Positions 63,795 through 64,000 of a stretch of DNA of 64,000 nt are shown piece by piece. The DNA is taken from positions 15,979-79,978 of the forward strand of contig NMRA01000187.1 of assembly GCA_002633005.1 (NCBI GenBank), in the 5' to 3' direction. The notes under the pieces are model-generated. The model made no database searches. It was given only the letters and a program-made list of their open reading frames with translations, and had not been told where the DNA came from. A program made the position numbers and the translations under genes. Position 1 is the stretch's first letter, and every line of letters begins with the position of its first letter. The stretch is from Phoronis australis (lineage: Eukaryota > Animalia > Phoronida).

Positions 63795-64000
63795 TAACAC
63801 AGACCAATAGATGTTTGGCAACTTTTGGCACAACACAGACCAATAGATGTTTGGGCAACTTTTGGCACAACACAGACCAATAGATGTTTGGCAACTTTTG
63901 GCACAACACAGACCAATAGATGTTTGGGCAACTTTTGGCACAACACAGACCAATAGATGTTTGGCAACTTTTGGCACAACACAGACCAATAGATGTTTGG
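63795..64000. repeat. ~35-bp minisatellite running off the window end
   Basis: Unit aacacagaccaatagatgtttggcaacttttggcac. Confidence 0.93.

Noticed and set aside
59109-64000. Search for further neverland exons
   Set aside because: No splice-flanked segment encoding the expected IGPG or later motifs was found; the gene presumably continues beyond the window.

Overview
Eukaryotic (invertebrate animal) genomic DNA, AT-rich, dominated by transposons and minisatellites, with one assembly gap (16708-17361). Two host genes can be rebuilt exon by exon with consistent splice phases, both on the + strand. The first is the 3' half of folylpolyglutamate synthase (FPGS; 5 exons, 2410-15407). The second is the 5' part of a Rieske cholesterol 7-desaturase (neverland/DAF-36; 5 exons, 49585-59108, 3' exons not found in the window). 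Between and inside them lie many mobile elements. DNA transposons: an ISL2EU-like THAP element, CAGGG elements with 6-bp TSDs, a decayed two-gene IS3EU-like element with a RING-like cargo gene, an intron-containing piggyBac with a nested TIR element, several Academ elements and Kolobok-like THAP elements. Others: Helentron/HINE-like arrays carrying periodic CTCF-like motifs, a solo LTR, a Gypsy element with 74-bp LTRs, and several LINE fragments. Family assignments come from recalled motifs and terminal/TSD structure read by eye; no database searches were run.
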